Shown: piece after piece, positions 51,640 through 62,487 of the stretch | How positions within the stretch are numbered: the stretch's first letter is position 1 | Layout of the letters: every line of letters begins with the position of its first letter | Assembly: GCF_902652985.1 (NCBI RefSeq) | Contig: NC_047020.1 | Coordinates: 11,222,001 to 11,286,000 of the forward strand | DNA: 64,000 bases | Source of the DNA: Pecten maximus | Taxonomy: Eukaryota | Direction of reading: 5' to 3' | Translations under genes and position numbers: made by a program | Notes under the pieces: model-generated | Seen by the model: the letters and a program-made list of their open reading frames with translations, nothing else | Database searches by the model: none | Told to the model about the DNA's origin: nothing

Positions 51640-53545
51640 TATAATTTGGTTTTCTCCCATCTCAATGTCCGATCTCTCAGAAATTAAATAGATATTATTG
51701 AGGCAGAATTACATGACAGTGAAATATTGTGTCTAACAGAAACCCATCTTAACCATAATATTACAGACTCAGAAATCATTTACTACAAAAACACACAATT
51801 AGAAGACAAGATCTTGAACATGATTATGTAGAAATGATCTGGATTGAAGTACTTAATGATAAGAATACTGGAATAAGCTTGACCATGTTCTAGATAATGC
51901 CTGTAATACTGCTATGGACATTATAATAACAGGTGACATAAATGTAGATATGCTGAACATTACTGGTGACCATAATCTAAGTAGACTTCTAGTTAAATAT
52001 AATCTTACTAGTATATTTGATGAACCAACAAGAGTTACAGAGACTACTTCTACTGCTATTGATATACTTTTCTCTAATAACATAAATCTAATAAAAAATA
52101 CTACGGTGAAAACACAAATATGCAGCGATCATTCAATTGTTCACTTTACTTGTTCAAACTCTGTATTTAAACGTAAAGCCTACAAAAAAAAAAAAAAATT
52201 ATAATGATGCAGATTTTGATCAAATGAATAGTACTATAAATAACATTGATTGGGATTCATTAGCAAATAATTTGAACGCTAATGAATTTAATAACCACCT
52301 AACAGATATCATAAATAAGCAAATAGAAGAATGTATTCCTAGTAAAACTATAACTATACGCCCGAATGACAAACCCTGATTGAAAAACAATATCAGGCTG
52401 AAAATCAGACAACGAAATAGATTACACCGTAGAGCTAAAAATACTAACTCGGAAACAGATTGGGCTAATTTTAGACACATGAGGAATGAAATTGTTGACC
52501 TAGTAAGAGAAGCGAAAAGGATTTTTTATGATAACTTGTAAGGGAGACATCCCATGATAAATTATACATCGAAACTGAAATTGAAACTCTTGACTGTAGA
52601 CGAAAGTATCACAAACTTGTATTAATGTACAAAATATTAAACAATGAAACACCTGAAAACCTTGCAGATATTATTGAACCACACATTCATGACAACACAC
52701 ACATTAGATATCCATTTAGAAATAATCGACTTTTCAACCCCCCACTTTGCTGAACTGAAAGTTACTCAAAAGGTTTTTTCCCAACGAATTTAATCAACTA
52801 GACAGGATGTAATCTATGTAACCAATAATGTCAATTTTGACATACTAAAATGTGTAACACAGTACATACATGAAACTGAAAGATTTGATATTTGACATAC
52901 ATCATCCCCCATTTTTAATTTTTAATTTTTATTTCCATTTCCTATTTTTATTCTTCATTGAAACTTATTTAGTTATGTAACATATACAGTACACCTCTAA
53001 TACCCTATTAATGCACAAATGGTGGAGAATGGACTGGATGGAAATTGGCATTGTTGTAATATAGTTTATTTAATATACATGTTAAAACGAGGTAACTTCT
53101 ACAGCAGCAATTTTAGACTGAACATATAATTTGTAAGCTTTTCTGTAACTCCACTCACAAACTACATGTATATATACATATTTGGTGAAATTGGGTTTTG
53201 ATCCCCATCAGTGGGTGGCTATTATGTTATATACATATGGACTGTCGGCCTGTAGCTGTTGGGGGAATAGGCTCAATTTGACCAAATAGGCATATCTATA
53301 CATCTCACAACAATTCAATCATCTTTTAATAAGTTACTTTTTTCTAATCATGCAAAAATCAGAACAATCTTAGAAGATACCTCCCTTCTTATTGTATAAT
53401 CCACATTGGTTTTACGTAAATATGTTTAAGTTTGTTTACCTGTTTTATGTAAGGAGAGGACTTTAAATAAAGGCTCTGCCTGAGGTCCAATCCTATATTG
53501 ATATATAACGTCAGTCAATAAATATGTTGAAATTGAAACTGAGTT
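51640..53545 (+). mobile_element. CR1-like LINE relic (apurinic-type endonuclease, internal deletion, 3' tail)
   Basis: ILCLTETHL, IIITGDINVD, PTRVT...IDILF and SDH endonuclease motifs. The 3' tail ...CAATAAAATATGTTGAAATTGAAA at ~53515-53540 resembles 1007-1033. Confidence 0.75.
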
Positions 53546-53685
53546 TGGTTTTCTCTAAAACAGTCCTGCACTTTGTGTACTGTAGTAGAGATTTAGGCCA
53601 TCGAAGAAGAATAATATTGGTAGCCCAGGTACTCACAGTATATATAACGTTCACATGCATATATTCTAAATGGTGAATGCATTTG

Positions 53686-54250
53686 TTATAGATAAACATA
53701 AACACGTAACGAATTTAAATAATCATTTATGTAAGTTACATAATATGAATGACGTGACAGCATCAGGATTATAGATAAACATAAACACGTAACGAATTTA
53801 AATAATCGTTTATGTAAGTTACATAATATGAATGACGTGACAGCATCAGGATTATAGATAAACATAAACACGTAACGAATTTAAATAATCATTTATGTAA
53901 GTTACATAATATGAATGACGTGACAGCATCAGGATTATAGATAAACATTAACACGTAACGAATTTAAATAATCATTTATGTAAGTTACATAATATGAATG
54001 ACGTGACAGCATCAGGATTATAGATAAACATAAACACGTAACGAATTTAAATAATCATTTATGTAAGTTACATAATATGAATGACGTGACAGCATCAGGA
54101 TTATAGATAAACATAAACACGTAACGAATTTAAATAATCATTTATGTAAGTTACATAATATGAATGACGTGACAGCATCAGGATTATAGATAAACATAAA
54201 CACGTAACGAATTTAAATAATCAATTATGTAAGTTACTGACAGCATCAGG
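53686..54250. repeat. 83-bp tandem repeat, about 6.7 copies
   Basis: Unit TTATAGATAAACATAAACACGTAACGAATTTAAATAATCATTTATGTAAGTTACATAATATGAATGACGTGACAGCATCAGGA. Confidence 0.96.
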
Positions 54251-56831
54251 ATGACATGAACATGTGTCGGTTAGAATACTGTAAGTACTACCTGTAACTA
54301 AGGCATCAATAATATTAAATTCAAATCAGCATACATGTATACTTAACATTATAGTCTATCTACAAAGCAGATCTAGTTTTGTATTGAATTGATGCACTTT
54401 GAGCCGTGGCTTATTCATGTATATGTGTATAGATGAACTTATATACTGTACATGGCAGTTCTACAATAAGTTTTTATGATCTATTTTCACACAAATACAA
54501 TGAAGTTAGCATAAACATAATAAAAATATGGATTCAGTCTAAATGCTACCACATGAACACCAAGTAGGACTTTACAATGATGGACTGATAATATTAGGCG
54601 GTTATTACGTATATATCGACTTTTTCCAATTGATTAGCCCAATCAAAGAGGGGAACTTAATATAAGAGAGCTAATCAGACAAATATAGAGAAGACGAATC
54701 AATTCAGAATTAGCCCAATAAAAAGAGGACGCAGTTAACAATATATTATTCAATTTCAAGTAAGCAATAACCTTTATTTTCTAAGCTAATTCGTTTAAAA
54801 TCTTTCCATATCCCCATCACCAAATACTTTTCATTATATCAATGGAATTATTTTTGTCAATCATACAATGTATATGCAATCATATAAGGAATAGTCCATA
54901 TGCCCGTAATACACCGTCTGGCTGTAAAATAATCTATATGCCAATGATAATTCTAATTGGAATGAAACATATCTGGAGATGATATTTCATATGTTTTTGA
55001 TATACTGTAATGTACAGTAAATCACAGTTCCGCTTTCGCCCTGCCTTTTAAAACAGACCAATCTTCTTCTCGACTCAACTGGATATCACAATGAACACAT
55101 AAGTTATATTTATCAAGCTCACGTAGGACTTAACCTACACCGGGTATGGAATAAAACAGCATCAAACCAAAGTGAATATTGACACGAGAAACTCTTAACA
55201 TCAAAGTAACAATTCCGGTAAGATGGTAATGAGAAGAAACCGAAGGCACTCAATGTTTTTGTATACACATGTTTTTGTATACACATGTTTTTGTATACAC
55301 ATGTTTTCAAGAATAAAATATTTCAAAACGTATTATTAATGAGCAAAATATGCAACTGATATATCATAAGAAAAGAATGGTAATATCATATTCCTTTGTA
55401 GATTTTACAGACAGATAACGTTTGTTATATATCTCCGTGGTATTTTGTGATAATTGTGGTATATTTAAGATTATTCAATATCAATTCGATGCCGGCATAT
55501 TTCTACATGGCATACATTGTATCATGTCAACTGACTGTATGTGCTATTTTGTAGCGTTTAGATTTCAGGTCTCCTCTGCCAGTATTATACCACTTTTATA
55601 CCCAGTACAAATCAATGATATTTATTGATATCATGTTCTATAGTTGTGATATAACTTAATTAGTTCCCAGAAATGCCTTGTTTGAAAATTGATAAAGTCA
55701 CAATGAGTTGCTAAAATCAATTACGCAAACATTTTTAACTAACAGGAAAATGTTTATATCTCTACTGTAGGTAAAATACATTTATTAAACTCTTTACTCT
55801 TTAGCATCACTTATTCGTTGCCGTAACAAGACGCAAGCGGTACATTCTGAGTATCCGAATGCTGCATTGTTTAACTTAAGATGTAGTTACAAATGAGATA
55901 ATGTAATAGATATCATGATGTATTTTAAGAGTGATTAATAATGTAAAGCCCTGATATTTTCTATTCATACAAGAAAAAAGACATACTTTCACGCTTTCTA
56001 AGATCCGAGACTTTGTAAACATTACTTGAATAAACACCGATAATGTACATAATCTTCAGTATACCAAAGTTCTCTTTCTGTTACATAGATTCACTTTTCA
56101 AAAAGGCTATATCTTATACATCAATGATGGAAATCATTTAGATGGAAAAAGGTAAAATAGCTTCTTTTTTATATTTAAGATGTATACTCTGGCATATATA
56201 GTTTTCCTTTATTATTTGCAAATATGGGTGCTCGTTTTCTAACTGAGGTTTAAAATCTGTACGGTTATCTGTGGCGTTATATGATGAGGTGTTTGCTTTC
56301 TATAAAATTTTCTTTCGTCAGCAGCGACTCATGTGTACCTCTTGAATGAAATACTTTAAAGTTCTATAGCTTTCTGTATCATCATCATAAAAAAACCCAG
56401 AACTTATCATTAAATCAAACTACGTCAGTGTACCTCTAAATCGATAAAAGGAGCGCAATTACGATAAAAACAGAGATTCCCTTGGTAACCAAGTTTATCA
56501 GATCGGAGGGTAAGACACTAGCGACACCAGCCATCTAGTGAATTTACATTCTTAAAATGTTAACTGAGTGATGACACCGAGGTTGCTGCAACCAATGGTA
56601 ACGCATGGAACCACTCTTTCTTGTATAATGAATTGGTTCTTAGCAGCTAATTCTTGGTGTTCTTTGTTTTCTTCAAGGCGTTATCGTATGTACAGAACTG
56701 TACAAGACTCACTTGATGAAAGTATTTTTGGGTAATTTTCTGAACATTCCAGAGATCGAAGTAAGGTGCTAGTTAGAAATACAAGCTTTAAAATCTGTAT
56801 TTTCTATAGCAAAATGATTTCAAACATATGA

Positions 56832-58967
56832 TTACTCATCAACGGGATTTTGAACGTGGGTGTTCAATGCTGTTAATACTTTGGCCCATACTCTACTCTG
56901 TCTGGCTTCCTCTACTGACCATTCGGTGTAGGTGACAGTGTCTAGAATCGCCCGTACAGAGGACGGAAGTATGACTGTGTCCAGTTCTTCCAGCAGTATC
57001 ACAGTCAGAACTCCTGGGCCCTCCTGCGTAGTTCTGGACTGTGTTAATGCAAGTTCAAACTTACACCATTCACTGTTTAGAAAGGCACGGGATAAAACAA
57101 GAATGATGTTTTTGCTGTGTTCAAAGTTTGTCGTGATATTGTCTACAATAAAATGACCTACGTCAAAGTCTCGTTCATGTATGCACAGTTTACATCTAGA
57201 TTTTTCTTCTAGTTCTGGCACCATATGATTGAAAATAAAATCCCGGTCGTCATTTGAATAGATAACGAAAGCGTCGTATTGATAATCAGCATCGTCGCGA
57301 ATCCTTTTGTAACCGACTCTCCGTATTCCAAGGATGTGCAGCCAGTAGTTCAATCGGAACCGGAACTTATATGCTATCGATAAAGCAATGAGGATGATAG
57401 CTGATGGAACAAAAATACCAATACAGATGTTTCTGACGAGTGGGTAATCCAAATTGGAACACATCTCCGAAGTAGGGTTGTAATCCTTCAACAACACATT
57501 GTTCATTTCTGGAGGAAACCTACATGTGTACCTCCGAGGATAGTTGACGATTGTTGTATGCTTGGTAGATTTTATCCAGTCAAGGAACCATTTTAGGTCA
57601 CACGTGCATGAAAATGGGTTATTTGTCATACAAAATTTCTCTAAAGAGTTCAGAAACTTTTTGGGAAAAGACGTTTTGTTGATAAGTTTTATGTTATTTC
57701 CGTCAAGGTATAAACTTCGTAGTGACGTTAAATTTCCAAACACTTCCGGTTCGTCGTTCCAGCCATTTATGTAATTCCCAATAAGTACCAGAGATCTTAA
57801 GTGAGGCATCTGTTGGAAGACGTTACGAGGTAGTGCCTTAAGGGCTGTATCCTCTAATATAAGCTTCTGTAATTTATTCAAATGTGTAAACAGTTCTCCT
57901 AGAGATTTGGAATCTGATGGTAAGACGTTTCCTGTTAGCTCAAGCATCAGGAGATTTGGTAGATCAGAAAATATTTTGCTATATAGTCCTGGCTCCTTTT
58001 CAAATTTATATCGATTATGCATGAAGTATAGCTTTTTGAGACTCGAAGAGTTGAATGCAAACCCCTCGATGAGACTTAAATGATCACCAATATGAGTCAG
58101 TGAGAGTTTTTCCAGTTTTGGTAACTTTGCAAATGCATTGCTTCGGATAACTGTTACAGAGGTCTTGTCAAGTAGAAGAGTTCGTAAAAATTGCAAACAT
58201 TGAAATGAATATTTATCTAGATCCCGAAGATAATTCCGCCGGAAGTCTAGAGTTTTGTATTTACCCGTGGGATGTCCAGTTGGTCCACAGAATGATGGTA
58301 TTTCAAGGAATTGGTTATTCCCCAGGTTAATGTAAGAAATTGATGTAGATTCTAATCCTGTTAAATTCAAGTCTGATAGTTTATTGTTTGATAAATCCAA
58401 TCTTTTCAGAAAACGCAAATCCGAAAAATATGTCCCACTGATACTTTCTATTACATTATTACTAAGTGTTATTGATTGGATCGATGAGTTATGTAATCCT
58501 AAAAACATGTCACCTGGAATGGTCTCCCAGTGATTGGATTTCAGCTGAACAGTCTCTATTCTAGGTGTTAACAGCAAGATTGGAGAAATCATGTCTGGCT
58601 TTAATTCATAAGATCCACTGATCTCCAAAGTAGACAAGTTAGTTAATTTGACAAATGCATCTGGGTCGACGATGTGGGTCAATGTGTCGACAAAATGTAA
58701 TCCTATGACACGGATTAAAGTAAGATTAGACAAAAACTTCGCCGTTATATTTGGAAAGTTAGTTTTTGTAAATATAACAGTTTGTGCATATGCGGGTAAA
58801 ACTGGAATATACTTCATGTCACTTCCTGTACAGTTCACCAGCTTCGATTTTGGAGAACATTTACACATGGTCGGAGGACACTGATCGATGTGACGAAATG
58901 TTTCACATTGATGACAAGTCTGGTAGAACACAAGCAGTAGGAGCAGCGTTCCTAAATGCTGATTCAT
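56832..58967 (-). CDS. Toll-like receptor (single-cysteine-cluster type), intact, 711 aa
   Basis: Acceptor ttattgcag| at 58988, ATG at 58967 followed by signal peptide 'MNQHLGTLLLLLVFYQTCHQC', LRRNT (CPPTMCKC...VNC), LRRs, LRRCT, TM 'ICIGIFVPSAIILIALSIAY' and TIR domain. Confidence 0.96.
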   Translation of the reverse strand: MNQHLGTLLLLLVFYQTCHQCETFRHIDQCPPTMCKCSPKSKLVNCTGSDMKYIPVLPAYAQTVIFTKTNFPNITAKFLSNLTLIRVIGLHFVDTLTHIVDPDAFVKLTNLSTLEISGSYELKPDMISPILLLTPRIETVQLKSNHWETIPGDMFLGLHNSSIQSITLSNNVIESISGTYFSDLRFLKRLDLSNNKLSDLNLTGLESTSISYINLGNNQFLEIPSFCGPTGHPTGKYKTLDFRRNYLRDLDKYSFQCLQFLRTLLLDKTSVTVIRSNAFAKLPKLEKLSLTHIGDHLSLIEGFAFNSSSLKKLYFMHNRYKFEKEPGLYSKIFSDLPNLLMLELTGNVLPSDSKSLGELFTHLNKLQKLILEDTALKALPRNVFQQMPHLRSLVLIGNYINGWNDEPEVFGNLTSLRSLYLDGNNIKLINKTSFPKKFLNSLEKFCMTNNPFSCTCDLKWFLDWIKSTKHTTIVNYPRRYTCRFPPEMNNVLLKDYNPTSEMCSNLDYPLVRNICIGIFVPSAIILIALSIAYKFRFRLNYWLHILGIRRVGYKRIRDDADYQYDAFVIYSNDDRDFIFNHMVPELEEKSRCKLCIHERDFDVGHFIVDNITTNFEHSKNIILVLSRAFLNSEWCKFELALTQSRTTQEGPGVLTVILLEELDTVILPSSVRAILDTVTYTEWSVEEARQSRVWAKVLTALNTHVQNPVDE

Positions 58968-59520
58968 GATGCCACTTGTAATATGGACCTGCAATAAGAA
59001 AATTGACGTTATAATTAATCCTGAAAGCGATTCGATATACAATGTAAGTTCCTAGTTCCTATAAATAAATATTGTAATAATTAAATCCTTCATCCCTGTG
59101 AAAATGTCTTTTCTGTTAAACAAATGCTTTCGTCGCTATAATGGCCCGGTGGGGACTGTTTTCAAAATTTTAAATGTTTGGTGTTAAATAGTCAATGCCA
59201 CTATAAAATGAAAACAAAATGCTTATTCAAACTCTGCTACCAGACGTGGTAATAACCAGGTCAAATTTAGACGCCAGTATACAGAATGGTAAGATAACAA
59301 TTCATAACACCTTTACACTAATAGATAGAAAATAAATAGAACTAAAGCTTCCAACCAGATTGAACAAAGAATTCCTCATATATAAATATTGTTATATTCC
59401 TTTCCACGAGATTCTTCAGAGGAGAGAGGAAATATATGGCTCTAAACCTGCTGACAAACATGCACATAAACAGGTAAAAATCTAGGATGGTAACCCAACG
59501 ATGCAGAGACAGATTGTCTG

Positions 59521-60942
59521 GGCCCATATTCATAAAAAATCTTAGTTAAATACTTAAGTTTGACTTAAGTTATACTTAACTATACATATTTTACTTAGTT
59601 AAATAAAACTTAAGTTAGAACTTAAGTACTATTCATAAACGACTTAAGTATTTACTTAGTACATACTTAGCTAAGTATAAATATTTAAGTATTTCATGTA
59701 GTTGCTATGTTGTTGTTAAGTAGCTGCGGGATGTTTTTCGTAAAACGTGAAATTTGGCGCCAGCGTTCCTGGCATTCCAAGACGATCAGAATCCGGAAAT
59801 GGCAACAGTAAAAAAGACGAGATGACCAAACTGGACAAAGGACGAATGTCTGGCGATGGTGAGGCTAGTAGTTTACATGTTTACAAGTGAAAGAAAACAT
59901 GTCATACGTGGACGATTTAAGGACGGAGTGTCGGCATCTGCAAATAGGCAAACGTTGGTTCGGGTTGCCGGCAGATTGAACAGTTCAAATGCATTAACCA
60001 GGAGAGAGCCGGAAGAATGCACAAACATTAGACTAACCTCGTCGTTCAGGCCAAAAATGCACATAGCGTGTTTCTTCGTAGAGTCAAGGAGAACAAGTAC
60101 GTTTTAGTTACTTTCCACTAAACCAAACATCAGTTGAAATGTACATATCAAACCCCTAGTTACATTTTACGATCTGTAAAATCCCGCTTCCCAAACATGC
60201 TAGAACTGTCACAACAATCAATTGTTATTTATTTAAAACTTTCGTTTCTTTATCAAAGCAGGGGAGTACTAAATACATGACAGGGCCGGAATGCACATGC
60301 ACGGGTTTTAAGTTAAAGTAAAAGTAACCTCAATGTTTTTTAATACACAGGTAAGAACTCTATAGATATACATTTTTTGTAATTAATGAATAAAAGATAC
60401 AATAAAACTTTGAGGCAGTATTTCTGGTTTGTCAAAGTCAGCAAGAGAAACAAAAATGAAGTTTTATCTAAATAAAATTTGATTGGTATGTGGGTATGTT
60501 CATTATAAACTACAATTGCTCCGTGTCGTTGTAGTATTGACTTCGTAATGGGCCTTGACGACAGTGAGATTGACTCCTCCATCTTCGATTCAAACCTTTA
60601 CATCTCGTTTTAAATGATTGAATACAACAAAATCTGAAGTTAATGATTTTTTTCTTAAAAACAAGTTGATTTCTGTCGATTTCGTGAAGTCATCTTTCAC
60701 CTGAGTTGTTAAGTATTTACTTAAGTATTTTTAAAGGAAGTTAAACATCCTCATGACGTTACTTAACTTTAAGTAAAAACTTAAGTAATACTTAAGCTTA
60801 AGTATTTTTATGAATACAAGTTAAGATAAAACCTTGAATTAAGTAAATACTTAAGTTTATTTTAGTACTTAAGTACAAATGTCCTACTTAAGTATTTACT
60901 TAAGTGAAATACTTAACTTAAGTTTTTTTATGAATATGGGCC
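59521..60942 (+). mobile_element. Non-autonomous PIF/Harbinger element with a Myb/SANT-like ORF remnant
   Basis: Perfect 19-bp TIR GGCCCATATTCATAAAAAA, 3-bp TSD CTG on both sides (59518-59520 and 60943-60945), subterminal ACTTAAGT arrays. Reading frame from 59799: MATVKKTR*PNWTKDECLAMVRLV...RKHVIRGRF...RREPEEC. Confidence 0.88.
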
Positions 60943-61052
60943 CTGGTCTTTGTGACATTACAGATTCATTCAATCTAACCAGGAAAAAGGGTTTTCAAAT
61001 AAAGTATACTTCCAGGGAAAAGACATTTTGTTTTGTTTACCTACTCGGAGTA

Positions 61053-61238
61053 GAATTTTTTTTTACGTCCTATCAACAGCCTCATTTAAGGACGTGCCAG
61101 GTTTGGAGGCGGAGAAAACCCACTGGCTAACAGACAGTACCAGGCAACTGCCCCATTAGGTTTTCGAACTTACAACCCAGAAGTGGAGGGCTAGTGATAA
61201 AATGTCGGGATACCTTAACTACTCAGCAACCACGCACC
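61053..61238 (-). mobile_element. tRNA-derived SINE
   Basis: Minus-strand A-box TTGCTGAGTAG, B-box GTTCGAAAAC; body and tail shared with 43694 and 61893. Confidence 0.8.
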
Positions 61239-61456
61239 TTTTATTCGACTGAAATAACACATTACATAAGATAGCAGTACAAAGTTATTTACATATATTC
61301 CTGTGACCTGTTTACCACAATAGATGTTTTTTCACTATATCAGATGGGGTGTAAGATTAAGACCCAAAGGAAATGTCAATAATATGCAAACTTTTGTTAA
61401 TCATAACAAATAATTAGAAACTTAAATCATTTTTCAAATCAATTAATTTATTTATA

Positions 61457-62105
61457 ACAAGAGGCCCATGGGCCTTAACGGTCACCTGAGATTTGAGATA
61501 TTTCAGTTAACTTAATTGACCATTTTGGCCCCGAACCATCAGCCCCTAGGGGTCAGTCAGGGTCAACATATGCATATTATCAAACTTTCATCCCTTGCTG
61601 AAAATGTTAACCAAGTTAGAATGAATTCCAATAGAAATCAAACAAATCAGTCAAAAATGTGATTTCCCTTTCTAAACTATAGTAAAATTTCGCCCTCCCC
61701 ATGGGCAAACTTATGACACCAGAGTCATGAAATTCATAATTTTAGTAAAGCACCCTCAGATCAAATAATTTACAATTGTGGTTGACCTTTAGCCATAGAA
61801 GCTTCCTGCCAAATTTCATTGAATTTGGTTAAGGGGTTTTGGAGAAAAAGTCGAAAATGTAAATTGTTTACGGACGCACGACGCACGACGGTTTAGTTTG
61901 TTTTGTTTAACGTCCTTTTAACAGCCAGGGTCATTTAAGGAACTGCCAGGTTTTGGAGGTGGAGGAAAGCCGGAGTACCCGGAGAAAAACCACCGGCCAA
62001 CGGTCAGTACCTGGCAACTGCCCCACGTAGGTTTCGAACTCGCAACCCAGAGGTGGAGGGCTAGTGATAAAGTGTCTTTGACTTTGTCTCAGGTGACCTA
62101 AAAAT
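61457..62105. mobile_element. Helentron/HINE (pearl-like) element carrying a nested SINE
   Basis: Terminal palindrome AGGCCCATGGGCCT, 12-bp subterminal inverted repeat GGTCACCTGAGA (61480) / TCTCAGGTGACC (62087), GACGCACGAC microsatellite, A-tract end. Confidence 0.7.
61893..62075 (-). mobile_element. tRNA-derived SINE (5'-truncated) with a Meta/V-type core
   Basis: Minus strand reads GTTCGAAACC...GGTGGTTTTTCTCCGGGTACTCCGGCTTTCCTCCACC...GGACGTTAAAC. Core assignment is from memory and unverified. Confidence 0.8.
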
Positions 62106-62369
62106 GAACCATCACAATAACAATTGCGAACTATTTTTTGTGTGTCATAATTTCCTCATAATAGTTTTATCATTTTGCAGTTTAGGTCAAGGGTTATGAT
62201 ATTGGGTCATTAGCATTTAACGTCACAGCGGGGAAAACAGATCAATCTTATCTAAAAGCAAAAGTAATCTATCAGTATTGTATCTGAACACTCGTGACCG
62301 ATAAGGTCCATCGGCCTCTTCTTGTATAGATACTTGACTCGTCTGCCAATAAACTCAAGATATATGCGT

Positions 62370-62487
62370 GCACTGACAGACTAGTCGAGTACCAGTGATA
62401 ACGAAAGGCCGAGGTTTCTAACGGTGGTTTCACCGTTAGAAACCTCGGCCTTTCGTTATCACTGGTACTCGACTAGTCTGTCAGTGC
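62370..62487. repeat. Perfect palindrome, 57-bp arms with a 4-nt loop (probable foldback element)
   Basis: 62370-62426 is the exact reverse complement of 62431-62487. Confidence 0.97.

Noticed and set aside
40692-58884. Antisense ORFs overlapping the TLRs (40692-40928, 41803-42033, 42349-42645, 56932-57156, 57544-57774, 58648-58884)
   Set aside because: Shadow frames of the TLR coding sequence, shared only because the genes are paralogous.
40609-58967. The two full-length TLRs as uncollapsed alleles either side of the gap
   Set aside because: Flanks and 3' UTRs are only weakly similar, central LRRs are substantially diverged and the neighbouring TEs differ, which favours paralogs. Relative orientation across the gap remains unverified.
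58968-59042. N-terminal extension of the 736-aa TLR ORF
   Set aside because: It starts at a non-ATG codon and crosses a splice acceptor (58989-58990). The ATG conserved with the paralog and followed by a signal peptide is at 58967.
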